Made by a program: the position numbers and the translations under genes. From the NCBI GenBank assembly GCA_032117075.1, contig JAUMAA010000008.1, forward strand, positions 1-54,888: a stretch of 54,888 nucleotides of DNA. The letters are read 5' to 3'. The DNA is from Patescibacteria group bacterium. Its GTDB lineage: Bacteria; Patescibacteriota; WWE3; UBA101185; UBA10185. The notes under the pieces were generated by a model. The model saw only the letters and a program-made list of their open reading frames with translations. It was not told the origin of the DNA and made no database searches. Shown here piece by piece: positions 37,677 to 47,498 of this stretch. The first letter of the stretch is position 1. Every line of letters starts with the position of its first letter.

Positions 37677-38672
37677 ATGACTTTAAAAAAGGAATCTATT
37701 TTCAACAAATTTTTAATTGGAATTATAATCTTAATTTCCAATATTTTAAATTTTTTAGATTTTAGAATAAGAACACTCTTTATTGTTTTTAATATTGTAA
37801 TTATTTCTTTTGTACTAATGATCTATGTAAAACCACAACTTGATCAGGAGTTTAGAAGCGATGTAAAGATGGTTGTTGTATCTAATAATCCGCCTCCTCC
37901 AATAGACAAACCTTTGGTAATAGAGACAACCCCTCCTCAGACAATTCCAGTTAAGAGCATAGCTATAGATGAGAATTTGAAAGTAAATGCAAGAAGTTAT
38001 ATAGTTTATGATCTAACAAATCAAGTTGAATTAATTCAAAAAGAAAAAGAACTTACTTTACCACCAGCCTCATTAGTTAAAATGCTTTCTGTAATGTATT
38101 TTTATTCCAAAATAGACTTAAGTGAGAGTTATAGTACAGTCTCAGAGTGTAATTTTGTTGAAGGGCAAAAGGTTGGGTTTAAGAAGAATGAAAAGGTAAC
38201 TGGAAAAGATTTAGTAAATTCCTCGATTGTTTTTTCCGCGGGGGACTCCATTTGTAATTTATATAAAATTACCGAATCCAAACTAGAAGGATTTAATGAT
38301 TACGGAAAAAGTTTAGATATGAAGAATTCTAAGTTTACTAACTTTATCGGGTTAGATTACCCTGGAAACTTCACTACTGCTGAGGATATGCTAGCTATGA
38401 CTAAAGAATATATTAAAAATGATTTATTTAGTCAAATCTCTTCTTTAAAAACTTACAAGATGGCAAACGGTAAAGTTGTTTATAATACTAATAAGATGTT
38501 ATTTGAAGATTCTTACTCTGTTGGAATTAAGACAGGTACAACTTTTGGAGCTAAGGAGAATTTAATCTACAGATATAAAAATCCAAATAAAGATATGGAT
38601 ATTCTAATTATTATCATGAATTCGAGTTCAAGATATCAGGATGTCAAAAACATCGTTTCAGCTCTTAGATAA
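37677..38672 (+). CDS. D-alanyl-D-alanine carboxypeptidase (serine type, S11-like)
   Basis: N-terminal TM and Pro-rich spacer. SxxK (ASLVK) and KTG (IKTGTT). Confidence 0.8.
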   Translation: MTLKKESIFNKFLIGIIILISNILNFLDFRIRTLFIVFNIVIISFVLMIYVKPQLDQEFRSDVKMVVVSNNPPPPIDKPLVIETTPPQTIPVKSIAIDENLKVNARSYIVYDLTNQVELIQKEKELTLPPASLVKMLSVMYFYSKIDLSESYSTVSECNFVEGQKVGFKKNEKVTGKDLVNSSIVFSAGDSICNLYKITESKLEGFNDYGKSLDMKNSKFTNFIGLDYPGNFTTAEDMLAMTKEYIKNDLFSQISSLKTYKMANGKVVYNTNKMLFEDSYSVGIKTGTTFGAKENLIYRYKNPNKDMDILIIIMNSSSRYQDVKNIVSALR

Positions 38673-38679
38673 ACTGTTT

Positions 38680-39864
38680 TTATAATACCTTATTATAATA
38701 TTTAGGGCTTACTGCTGGTGCGTAGAGAATGATTTTGCCTCTGAGTCCCGTTGAAGTATCAAAGTTTCCTCTGAACAAATATATTGGTTGAATTAAATCA
38801 TTTTTTCCAAAACCATCTTCTAAATCGTCATAAAAAGCAATTTCATAATCTTCAATAGATATATTTTCTATTTTAAACGAGATAGGTCTGTCCCCTCCGT
38901 GAGGAACTCCATTAAAGGTTAAACCTCTAATAACAAAATCTTTATTATTAACTATTCTATCAATTACATTTGGAAGTGGATCTAGGTCAAAAATTTCCCC
39001 ATTAAAAGCATTCACTACTTCGTTTTTATATAATTTAAATCTTGGGAAACGGTAGTTTAATTTTGTACCAACAATTTCAGGTCTCAAGCTTGAAACATAC
39101 ATGTAATTATTTGGAGTATCGTAATTATTTCCAACAACTTTCTTTCCATCTATAGGTGTATATGCTTTCACAAAGGCTAATTCAGCCCCTAGTATCGGGG
39201 ATTCTATTAAACTCTCTCCTTCGAACCTTAAATATAATGTTTCAATTTTCATTTCATTTACTTCGGTTGTATTAAACTTTTTTGAAGATACTAAAAAATT
39301 ATTCACATTTCTTGTGACGAATTCTGAATTTACAAATTCACCAGCAGTTAAGTAGTTCTTTAATCTTGAGATACTACTTATTTTTTGTTCCATTTTTTTA
39401 TTTCTCTTGTTAATAATGAACTGTATATTATCCTCAGGAACTTCCCAAATATATTTATCATCGCTAGATCCAGTTGAGATTAGATTTGAATCTGTATAAC
39501 CTAAAAAAAGAGCAACTGTCTTGGCTGTTGAGAGATAATCTATATCCTCTGGAACATTAGTATTATATGTATAGATTTTTGAGGTTTTTGGTTCCAGATT
39601 TGCCCAGTCAGCCTGGGGATTTCTTCTGTAAATTATTTTAGCATTTGAGATATCTATTCCATTTTCTCCTGTTGTGAACTCTTTTACTGAAGAAAATAAA
39701 ATTGGATTAAATTTATAGTTTATTGGGTTTTCTTTAGGAGGTGCCGGAAATATTTCATTCCAAAGTGAAGGTCCTACTTCAGTAGCTGTGTAAAAAAACA
39801 GTATAAAACCAAAGAAAATGTAAATGGTCTTCTTGATTACTTTAGCCGCATGCACTAATCTCAT
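38680..39864 (-). CDS. Hypothetical membrane-anchored extracytoplasmic protein (no recognised domain)
   Basis: 394-aa ORF with N-terminal anchor TIYIFFGFILFFYTA. The rest is polar and looks beta-rich. Convergent with the carboxypeptidase gene (7-nt gap). Confidence 0.7.
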   Translation of the reverse strand: MRLVHAAKVIKKTIYIFFGFILFFYTATEVGPSLWNEIFPAPPKENPINYKFNPILFSSVKEFTTGENGIDISNAKIIYRRNPQADWANLEPKTSKIYTYNTNVPEDIDYLSTAKTVALFLGYTDSNLISTGSSDDKYIWEVPEDNIQFIINKRNKKMEQKISSISRLKNYLTAGEFVNSEFVTRNVNNFLVSSKKFNTTEVNEMKIETLYLRFEGESLIESPILGAELAFVKAYTPIDGKKVVGNNYDTPNNYMYVSSLRPEIVGTKLNYRFPRFKLYKNEVVNAFNGEIFDLDPLPNVIDRIVNNKDFVIRGLTFNGVPHGGDRPISFKIENISIEDYEIAFYDDLEDGFGKNDLIQPIYLFRGNFDTSTGLRGKIILYAPAVSPKYYNKVL

Positions 39865-39870
39865 GTCTAA

Positions 39871-39879
39871 ATATTAACA
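39871..39879 (-). promoter_or_regulatory. Candidate extended -10 (TGtTAATAT, minus strand) for the 394-aa gene, leaderless geometry
   Basis: The plus-strand ATATTAACA is the reverse complement of TGTTAATAT. There are 6 nt between the -10 and the ATG (39864). Confidence 0.45.
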
Positions 39880-39887
39880 TCTCCATA

Positions 39888-39896
39888 TGTTAAAAT
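39888..39896 (+). promoter_or_regulatory. Candidate extended -10 (TGtTAAAAT) for gltX, leaderless geometry
   Basis: 7 nt between the -10 and the ATG at 39904. No SD. Confidence 0.5.
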
Positions 39897-39903
39897 TCAA
39901 CAA

Positions 39904-41373
39904 ATGATATCAGATACAGTTAGAACTAGAATTGCACCAAGTCCAACAGGCGAGTTTCATATAGGTACACTTAGGACTCTTTTATATAACTATGCCTGGG
40001 CTAAGAAAAATAAGGGAAATTTTCTCGTCAGAATTGAAGATACGGATAGATCAAGGTACGTGGAAGGTGCGATGAATAGAATGCTAGAAGTAGTTAATGA
40101 TTATGGAATTAATTGGGATGAAGGTCCTGTTAAGGGAGGTAGCTTTGGCCCTTATATTCAATCAGAAAGATTAAATATTTATAGAGAATATCTTGATATC
40201 TTGCTTACCAATAAGAAAGCTTACTATTGTTTTTGTACAAGTGAAAGGTTAGATAAGTTGCGAGAAGAATATGCTAAAGAAAATAAGAATTTTAAATACG
40301 ATAGGCATTGTTTAGGTCTTTCTGAACTTGAAATTAAAGAGAAACTTGATAGAGGTGACTCTTATGCAGTTCGAATGAGGATACCTGAGGATGAGATAAT
40401 TTCTTTTGATGATTTAATTTTAGGTAAAATAGAAATACCTTCCAAAGATATAGACGATCAAATTCTTTTGAAATCTGATGGCTACCCAACCTATCATTTT
40501 GCTGTTGTAGTTGATGATCATTTAATGAAAATTACACATGTCCTAAGAGGTCCCGAGTGGATTTATTCTACTCCAAAGCATATTTTGTTATATCAATTTT
40601 TTGATTTTGAAGCACCGAGATTTGGTCATTTACCAAATTTAAAATTTTTAGGTTCCAACAAAAAAATGTCAAAAAGAGAAGGAAATACATCGGCTATTAA
40701 ATTTCTTCAAGAGGGATACCTTCCTGAAGCAGTTTTAAACTATTTAATGTTTTTAGGATGGAATCCAGGAACCGAAAAAGAGATTTATTCTTTAACTGAA
40801 TTTATTGAGGATTTTTCTATTGAAAAAATTCATAGAACTGATTTGATAACTTTTGACACCGTTAAACTAAGATGGTTTAATTCCGCTTACTTAAAAAATT
40901 TAAGTCCTAAAGATTTTCACTCAAAGCTAGTAAATTGGTCCATTAAATTTAATATGCCATGTTTAATAGAAGAATTAGAAAAGAAGTTTTCACCCGAGGA
41001 TATTTTAAATATCTGTAAGTTAACTAAAGAAAGGTTGGAGGTTCTTTCAGATTTTGACTCTTTAGTTGATTATTACTTGGATAGACCAAATCTAGATGCA
41101 ACAATATTGGGAAAATATTCATCTGATTATAAAAATGTACTAAACTTTTTCTTAACCACTATCGATTCAGTTGAAGATTTTACTTTTTCAAACTTAGACG
41201 AATTGCTCCATAGTAAAGTAAAGGAAAATAATTTGTCTATGAAGGAATATTTTATGACTTTGAGAATTTGTATTACAGGTGAAATAGTAACTCCTCCTAT
41301 TATTGAAATTATTTCAATTTTGGGTAAGGAAGAAGTAATCTCAAGAATTAAAAATTCATTAAATCTAATTTAA
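39904..41373 (+). CDS. gltX: Glutamyl-tRNA synthetase
   Basis: HIGH (PTGEFHIGTLRT) and KMSKS (KMSKR). 489 aa. Confidence 0.94.
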   Translation: MISDTVRTRIAPSPTGEFHIGTLRTLLYNYAWAKKNKGNFLVRIEDTDRSRYVEGAMNRMLEVVNDYGINWDEGPVKGGSFGPYIQSERLNIYREYLDILLTNKKAYYCFCTSERLDKLREEYAKENKNFKYDRHCLGLSELEIKEKLDRGDSYAVRMRIPEDEIISFDDLILGKIEIPSKDIDDQILLKSDGYPTYHFAVVVDDHLMKITHVLRGPEWIYSTPKHILLYQFFDFEAPRFGHLPNLKFLGSNKKMSKREGNTSAIKFLQEGYLPEAVLNYLMFLGWNPGTEKEIYSLTEFIEDFSIEKIHRTDLITFDTVKLRWFNSAYLKNLSPKDFHSKLVNWSIKFNMPCLIEELEKKFSPEDILNICKLTKERLEVLSDFDSLVDYYLDRPNLDATILGKYSSDYKNVLNFFLTTIDSVEDFTFSNLDELLHSKVKENNLSMKEYFMTLRICITGEIVTPPIIEIISILGKEEVISRIKNSLNLI

Positions 41374-41429
41374 ATTTGTTATTTAATCCATTTAAAATAG
41401 AATTTAAATAGTTGTAAAAATAAAAAAAG

Positions 41430-41438
41430 TGTTAAACT
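41430..41438 (+). promoter_or_regulatory. Candidate extended -10 (TGtTAAACT) for recA, leaderless geometry
   Basis: 6 nt between the -10 and the ATG at 41445. Confidence 0.35.
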
Positions 41439-41444
41439 TTAGGT

Positions 41445-42536
41445 ATGAAAAATAAAACACCAACAAAACAAGAAATAAACCCAAATAAAAATTTAGCTTT
41501 GCAATCAGCAATTGCTCAAATCGAAAAAAATTTTGGTAAAGGTTCGATAATGAAACTAGGTGAAGGTTCCGCTCAAAAAGATATTGAAGTGATTCCCACC
41601 GGATCCTTAGCATTAGATCTTGCCTTAGGTTTAGGAGGTTTGCCAAAAGGAAGAATTGTTGAAATTTATGGCCCTGAGTCTTCTGGTAAAACCACTTTAG
41701 TACAGCATATTATTGCAGAAGCTCAAAAAATGGGAGGAACTGCGGCTTTAATAGATGCAGAACATGCCTTTGATCCTGTTTATGCTGAGAAGACTGGTGT
41801 TGATATTACAAATTTATTAGTTTCTCAACCTGATACAGGAGAACAGGCACTAGAAATTGCTGAAACATTAATTAGATCGAATGCTATTGATGTTATTGCA
41901 ATTGACTCTGTTGCTGCTTTAACACCGAGAGCGGAGATTGAAGGTGAGATGGGAGATAGTTTTGTTGCATTACAAGCAAGACTAATGTCTCAAGCTTTAA
42001 GAAAAATTACAGGTGCAATAAGTAAATCAAATTGTACAGTTATCTTTACAAATCAATTAAGAATGAAAGTAGGTGTTATGTTTGGTAACCCTGAAACTAC
42101 ACCGGGAGGTAATGCTTTAAAATTCTATGCATCTGTAAGAATGGAAATAAGAAAATCAGAAACAATAAAAGATGGTGATGATGTGCGAGGAATTAGGGCT
42201 AAGGTAAAGGTTGTTAAAAATAAAGTCGCTCCTCCATTTAGAACTGCCGAGTTTGACATTATGTTTAGTCAAGGAATATCAAAAGAGGGAAATATTTTAG
42301 ATATTGCTGTTGATATGAATGTGGTTAAAAAAAGTGGTGCTTGGTATGAATATAACAATTCAAAAATTGGTCAAGGAAGAGATAATGCAAAAGAATTTTT
42401 AATTCAAAATACTAAAATTTCTATCGAAATAGAAGATAAAATTAAAAAATTAGTGCTATCTGGAAAAGAAGCAGTTCCTCTTGAGATTGCTGTAGAAGAC
42501 CAGGATGATGACACCCTCACAGAACCTGAAGAATAA
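41445..42536 (+). CDS. recA: Recombinase RecA
   Basis: Walker [11 protein letters not shown]2 region [22 protein letters not shown]. Confidence 0.97.
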   Translation: MKNKTPTKQEINPNKNLALQSAIAQIEKNFGKGSIMKLGEGSAQKDIEVIPTGSLALDLALGLGGLPKGRIVEIYGPESSGKTTLVQHIIAEAQKMGGTAALIDAEHAFDPVYAEKTGVDITNLLVSQPDTGEQALEIAETLIRSNAIDVIAIDSVAALTPRAEIEGEMGDSFVALQARLMSQALRKITGAISKSNCTVIFTNQLRMKVGVMFGNPETTPGGNALKFYASVRMEIRKSETIKDGDDVRGIRAKVKVVKNKVAPPFRTAEFDIMFSQGISKEGNILDIAVDMNVVKKSGAWYEYNNSKIGQGRDNAKEFLIQNTKISIEIEDKIKKLVLSGKEAVPLEIAVEDQDDDTLTEPEE

Positions 42537-42984
42537 TTTCTATTTCAAGAAGATTCTTAAATATTGCTCAGTTTCAATCAGAAGTTCTTTTGAAATTGAG
42601 GAGAAGCTTAAGAAATTTGAAAATATTGAAGATGAACTTAAGAATGAGATTCTAGTTTTTTTTCTTAAAATTAAAGTTGTATTACCCGATTGTGATTTTA
42701 CAAAATATTATCTAGAAAATTTATCTGATACAAAAGGGTATAGTTTTAACCAGTTATACTTAAAATTAGGTAAGAGAGTTCGAGATAAAAACAAACTTAG
42801 GCAAACTTTAAAAACCTTTTTTAAAGATACTGAGGAATCTCAAATTGAAAAATTTATTGAAAAAAATAAGAGAAAATTACTTAGAATGGAACTTGATCAA
42901 AAAAGAATCAATTATCTAACTCAGAGGGGTTTTAGTTACGAATTAACGAAAAAAACCCTCAAAACCTTAACCTATAACAATTAA
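42505..42984 (+). CDS. recX: RecX-like regulatory protein
   Basis: Immediately follows recA and overlaps it by 32 nt. Repeated three-helix pattern; the C-terminal [15 protein letters not shown] is typical of RecX. Confidence 0.6.
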   Translation: MMTPSQNLKNNFYFKKILKYCSVSIRSSFEIEEKLKKFENIEDELKNEILVFFLKIKVVLPDCDFTKYYLENLSDTKGYSFNQLYLKLGKRVRDKNKLRQTLKTFFKDTEESQIEKFIEKNKRKLLRMELDQKRINYLTQRGFSYELTKKTLKTLTYNN

Positions 42985-42989
42985 TTTAA

Positions 42990-43018
42990 TTGACTAATTG
43001 ACCTTCACAAACTAAAAT
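42990..43018 (+). promoter_or_regulatory. Sigma70-type promoter upstream of rny
   Basis: TTGACT (42990-42995), 17-nt spacer, TAAAAT (43013-43018). A second, proximal TGgTAAATA (43078-43086) lies 6 nt before the ATG. Confidence 0.5.
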
Positions 43019-43092
43019 AGTAGTGTGATTAAAAGTATTTTATCGAATTTTAAGAAAGGGTTACTGTAATTATATTATGGTAAATATCATGT

Positions 43093-44625
43093 ATGGAAAT
43101 ATTGCTTATACTAACAATTTTAGTTTTGGGTACTTTAGTAGTCTTATTTAAGTTTAGACCTAGTTTATTTAACAAATTTTTAACTCCTCAAGAAGAAGTA
43201 AAGACAAATTCTATTGAAAAAACAGAAGTTTTTTTAGAGGCAAAGGCTAAGGCAATGGAAATTGTCATTGATGCTAAAAACGAGGCTTTAAAAATTAAAT
43301 CAGAATCAGAGGATTTTGTTAGGGAGAAAAAGAATGAGATTTCTAATCTTGAAGCAAAAATAAATGCAAGAGAGTCGGTCCTATCATCTAAAGAAAAAGA
43401 AATTGAAACAAAAGTTACCGAGTTAAGTCAACTTAAAGAAAATTTAGTTAAGTCTCAAAAAAATTATGAAGAGTTAGTTCAACAAGAACAACAAAAACTT
43501 GAGAAGGTTGCAAAACTAACTGTAGATGAAGCAAAGAAGAGGTTACTTGAGAATTTAGACAAGGAATTGAAAGATGATTACGGTAAAAAAATCAGAACAA
43601 TGGAAGAGGAATTAAAATCTAAATCAGAAGAGAGGGCTAAAGAAATTTTAGTAGATGCTATGAGGCAAGGAGCTACTGACTATGTAGTTGAGTACACCTC
43701 ATCTAAAGTAAGATTACCTGATGAAGAAATTAAAGGAAGAATTATTGGAAAAGAAGGAAGAAACATTAAAACATTTGAAGAATTAACAGGTGTTGAAGTT
43801 GATCTTGACTCCTCCCCAGGGGATTTAATTATTACTTGTTTTGACCCTGTTAGAAGAGAAGTTGCAAAGATTTCAATGGAAAAGTTAATTGCAGATGGAA
43901 GAATTCAACCAGCTAAAATTGAAGAAATTATTGAAAAGACGAAATCAGAAGTTGATCAAATAATTTTCAAAGAGGGTACTGAGTTGTGTCATAAACTTTC
44001 TATGTTTAATATTCCTAAAGAAATTGTTCAGACTCTTGGTAGATTCAGATATAGATTTTCTTATGGTCAGAATATGATTGAGCATGTAATGGAAGTGATT
44101 AAAATTGGATCTTCTATTGCATCAGAATTGAAGGCTGATGTTGAATTGGTAAAAATGGGATGTTTGTTTCACGATATTGGAAAAGTTATTGAGAAAGAAG
44201 GTTCACATGTTGATATAGGAGTTGAATATTTAAGAAAATTCAAAATTAATGAGAAGATTATCAATTGTGTTGCTGAACACCACGAGGATAGACCTTTTTC
44301 TTCTATAGAATCCGCAATTGTTGCTTTAGCTGATCATGTAAGTGGTGCAAGACCCGGATCTAGAAAAGAAGATTTTGAATCATACTTAAAGAGAATGAGA
44401 AACTTGGAGGAAGCTGCTAGGTCATTTGATGGAGTGGATAATGTATACGCCTTATCCGCAGGTAGGGAAGTAAGGGTATATGTAAAACCAAATCAAGTTG
44501 ATGACTTTTCAACTTCTTTTTTAGCAAGAGAAATTGCTAAAAAAATAGAATTAGAACAAACTTATCCAGGAGTGGTCAAAGTTTTAGTTATCAGAGAAAC
44601 TAGGGAAAGTGCTGTAGCTAAGTAA
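43093..44625 (+). CDS. rny: Ribonuclease Y
   Basis: N-terminal TM, coiled coil, KH (IGKEGRNIKTFE), HD (FHDIGK). Confidence 0.95.
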   Translation: MEILLILTILVLGTLVVLFKFRPSLFNKFLTPQEEVKTNSIEKTEVFLEAKAKAMEIVIDAKNEALKIKSESEDFVREKKNEISNLEAKINARESVLSSKEKEIETKVTELSQLKENLVKSQKNYEELVQQEQQKLEKVAKLTVDEAKKRLLENLDKELKDDYGKKIRTMEEELKSKSEERAKEILVDAMRQGATDYVVEYTSSKVRLPDEEIKGRIIGKEGRNIKTFEELTGVEVDLDSSPGDLIITCFDPVRREVAKISMEKLIADGRIQPAKIEEIIEKTKSEVDQIIFKEGTELCHKLSMFNIPKEIVQTLGRFRYRFSYGQNMIEHVMEVIKIGSSIASELKADVELVKMGCLFHDIGKVIEKEGSHVDIGVEYLRKFKINEKIINCVAEHHEDRPFSSIESAIVALADHVSGARPGSRKEDFESYLKRMRNLEEAARSFDGVDNVYALSAGREVRVYVKPNQVDDFSTSFLAREIAKKIELEQTYPGVVKVLVIRETRESAVAK

Positions 44626-44642
44626 GATTTAATTATTTAGAG

Positions 44643-44677
44643 GCGGGTTGTTGGTTATTTCCAACAACCCGCTTTTT
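44643..44677 (+). terminator. Rho-independent terminator after rny
   Basis: 12-bp stem GCGGGTTGTTGG / CCAACAACCCGC, loop TTATTT, then TTTTT. Confidence 0.85.
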
Positions 44678-44703
44678 AAATGTGATAAAGTAATATTAAT
44701 ATT

Positions 44704-44913
44704 ATGCCCAATTCTATAGAAAACATTATTATTATTGCGATTATAGTTGCAATTTTTTATTTCTTCTTTAAATTACTTCACTCAATATTTAAATCTTTAT
44801 CAATTGTCTTGATAATAATTGTTTTAGTTGTATTATTTAAATCAATGAGAGAACCAGTTGAGATACTGGGAATTTATAAAGTTGATAATTTGAAAATAGA
44901 AAGAATTAAATGA
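44704..44913 (+). CDS. Small membrane protein (2 TM), hypothetical
   Basis: 69 aa with IIIIAIIVAIFYFFF and SIVLIIIVLVVLF. Its stop overlaps the ymdB start (ATGA). Confidence 0.5.
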   Translation: MPNSIENIIIIAIIVAIFYFFFKLLHSIFKSLSIVLIIIVLVVLFKSMREPVEILGIYKVDNLKIERIK

Positions 44914-45680
44914 AAATTTTATTTATAGGTGACATTGTTTCGACTCCTGGTTTAGACATAGTTAAAAAATTTCTTCCTGATATTAGAAAAGATTATGAGG
45001 TGGACTTTGTTGTGGCCAATGCTGAAAATGCAGAAGGTGGTCGAGGTGTTTCTTTTGATACCTTAAATCATTTAATTTCTTGTGGTGTTGATTTCTTTAC
45101 AAGTGGGGACCACGTATTTTGGCAAAAAAATTCTGAAGATTTATTAGACAAATTTCCAATTATAAGACCGGCTAACTACCCTATTAACACAGCTGGGCAT
45201 GGATATAAGCTTGTAGACACAAGTGGCGGTAAAAGGATTTTAATCATTAATATTATGGGAAGAACATTTCTTAATGAGAAATTAGATGATCCTTTTAGAA
45301 AGGTTGATGAAATTTTGAAAATTACCTCATCTCAAAAAGTTGATTTTAGAGTAGTTGATTTTCATGCAGAAGCTACTTCTGAAAAATTAGCTATGGGATT
45401 TTATTTAGATGGCAGGGTAGATGCAGTAGTTGGAACTCACACTCACATCCCCACATGCGACCATATGATATTACCAAATGGTACTTTCTATGTATCGGAT
45501 TTAGGAATGTGCGGTAATATAGACTCTGTTCTAGGTGTTAAAAAAGAAATAATTATTGAACTATTTTTAAGTGCTAGAAATCAGAAATTTTTTTGGGAAG
45601 AGAAAGGTCGAAAAGCATTTAGAAGTGTTCTAATTGATACATTAGAAAAAAATATTAAAAGATTAGATTATGAAGAATAA
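44910..45680 (+). CDS. ymdB: YmdB-type metallophosphoesterase (2',3'-cyclic-nucleotide phosphodiesterase family)
   Basis: MKILFIGDIVSTPG, ANAENAEGGRG, SGDH, GTHTH. Lies downstream of rny, as in Bacillus. Confidence 0.85.
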   Translation: MKILFIGDIVSTPGLDIVKKFLPDIRKDYEVDFVVANAENAEGGRGVSFDTLNHLISCGVDFFTSGDHVFWQKNSEDLLDKFPIIRPANYPINTAGHGYKLVDTSGGKRILIINIMGRTFLNEKLDDPFRKVDEILKITSSQKVDFRVVDFHAEATSEKLAMGFYLDGRVDAVVGTHTHIPTCDHMILPNGTFYVSDLGMCGNIDSVLGVKKEIIIELFLSARNQKFFWEEKGRKAFRSVLIDTLEKNIKRLDYEE

Positions 45681-45704
45681 TTTTTTTGAAAGGAGGTGTA
45701 AAAA

Positions 45705-45986
45705 ATGAACAAGCAAGATGTTGTAAACGCAATTGCTACTGCCACCGGATTAACTAAAGTTGATTCAGCAAAAGCTCTAGATGCATTATTAGATACTATT
45801 ACTTCAGCTCTTCAAAAAGGTGACAAAGTTACCTTGACTGGGTTTGGTACTTTTGAGGCTAGAGCAACTATAGCTAGAGAAGGAAGAAATCCTCAAACAG
45901 GTGCTAAATTAGTAATACCTGCAGGAAGAAGACCTGCATTCTCAGCTGGTAAGACTTTCAAAGATGCAGTTAAATCTGGAAAATAA
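45705..45986 (+). CDS. hup: DNA-binding protein HU
   Basis: 93 aa. GFGTFE..RNPQTG. Strong SD AGGAGGTG. Confidence 0.95.
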   Translation: MNKQDVVNAIATATGLTKVDSAKALDALLDTITSALQKGDKVTLTGFGTFEARATIAREGRNPQTGAKLVIPAGRRPAFSAGKTFKDAVKSGK

Positions 45987-46012
45987 AAGTTCAGATTTTG
46001 CACCTAGAAATG

Positions 46013-46052
46013 ATGGCGGGAAACTTAAAGTTTCCCGCCATTTCATTTTTTT
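46013..46052 (+). terminator. Rho-independent terminator after hup
   Basis: 12-bp stem ATGGCGGGAAAC / GTTTCCCGCCAT, loop TTAAA, then TTCATTTTTTT. Confidence 0.85.
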
Positions 46053-46110
46053 AATTTGAATAAAATATAATTTTTTAAAATAGATTTAGATCCAAGACTA
46101 ATAATATTGT

Positions 46111-47217
46111 TTATTTTTTATGTATAAAGAAAGTAAATTCTGTACCTTTATTTTCACCTGCACTCTTTGCAGTAATTTTTCCACCCATTCCTTCAATATA
46201 TTGTTTTGTAATGTAAAGACCTAATCCAGTACCTCCTGACTCCGCAATAGTTTCATAGGAATTTTCTAATTTACCAAACTTCTTAAATAGTTTATCCATG
46301 TTTTCTTTTGAAATGCCTTTTCCAGTGTCTGAAACTGAAACTTTGATGAACCTATCGTTTGCTACTGTTGAGACTTTGACAATACCTTTATTTGTAAATT
46401 TAAGGGAGTTTCCTATTAAGTTATAAAGTACATCTTTTAATCTTTTTTTATCTGCTAGAACTAATTTTTTATCCTTAGCATGTTCAAATTGTAATTTATT
46501 ATTTGTTTCCTTAGCTCTAATATCAAATTCCATGATTGTTTCTTTAATAAACTCATCTAATTCAAATATTTCAAATTTATAGTCAATCTTTCCTTGTTCA
46601 ATTCTAGATACTGACAGCATATCATTAATTAAATTAATCATTCTAATCGTTGAGTTAAGTGCTTTATTAACATAGTCTTTCTGAGTATCATTTAATTTTC
46701 CTTTTTTTTCTTCATTTAAAAGATATAGGTAACTATTAATCAAAACCATAGGTGTTCTTAATTCATGAGAAGTAATAGTAATAAAGTCATCTTTGGATAT
46801 TTCAGAAATTCTTTCTTGTGTAATGTCAGCTAAGGTAATAATGTACTCAGGCTCATCCCCTTCATCATTAATAATTGTTGATCTTAAGTTAAAATAAAAA
46901 TCTTTACCATCAATAACTTGTTTTAATGAGTTTAAAGATACACTAGCCACCAAGAGAAACTCTTTAATAGGTATAATTTTATTTTTTTTATCAACTAGGT
47001 GAAGTACTGTATCTAGTTTTTTTCCTACCAATGTCTTATTTTTACCAAATAAAATCTCACTTTTTTTATTAGCTAAAGTAATCCTAAATTTTTCATCACA
47101 AACAATTACACTTTCGCTTACATTGTATAAAAGCTCTTGGGATTTCTTATGCAGTTTGTACAACTGCTTATTTTTTAGATATAGTTCTTTTTCTAAATTT
47201 AATTTTTGAACTGTCAT
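46111..47217 (-). CDS. Soluble PAS-domain sensor histidine kinase
   Basis: No TM. Coiled-coil N-terminus and PAS-like region. H-box TSHELRTPM, N-box LIGNSLKFT, G1 DTGKGI, G2 GGTGLGLYI. Confidence 0.9.
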   Translation of the reverse strand: MTVQKLNLEKELYLKNKQLYKLHKKSQELLYNVSESVIVCDEKFRITLANKKSEILFGKNKTLVGKKLDTVLHLVDKKNKIIPIKEFLLVASVSLNSLKQVIDGKDFYFNLRSTIINDEGDEPEYIITLADITQERISEISKDDFITITSHELRTPMVLINSYLYLLNEEKKGKLNDTQKDYVNKALNSTIRMINLINDMLSVSRIEQGKIDYKFEIFELDEFIKETIMEFDIRAKETNNKLQFEHAKDKKLVLADKKRLKDVLYNLIGNSLKFTNKGIVKVSTVANDRFIKVSVSDTGKGISKENMDKLFKKFGKLENSYETIAESGGTGLGLYITKQYIEGMGGKITAKSAGENKGTEFTFFIHKK

Positions 47218-47252
47218 AAAAATTTGGTAGATTTCAATAATATAATTTAAAC

Positions 47253-47498
47253 TTACTTTTGTATAGTATTAAATTTTTTAATTACATCCTCGCATACTTC
47301 AACTGAGGCCTTGCCGAAAATTTCTTCATAAGCTTTGATAAGTTTTTCAATGGCTTCCTCAGGCGATCCCTTGATTTTTAATTTGTTCTCCGAAATAGAA
47401 ATGACCCTGGTACTCAAAGCTCTTTCTAATGCAATTTTTTCACCAACAATATTTGATTGTTCCTGAATAATTTCCATTATTAAATCATTTTGCTTCAT
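47253..47498 (-). CDS. Small soluble hypothetical protein (81 aa)
   Basis: Its start overlaps the stop of the upstream membrane gene by 4 nt. No recognised domain. Confidence 0.55.
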   Translation of the reverse strand: MKQNDLIMEIIQEQSNIVGEKIALERALSTRVISISENKLKIKGSPEEAIEKLIKAYEEIFGKASVEVCEDVIKKFNTIQK

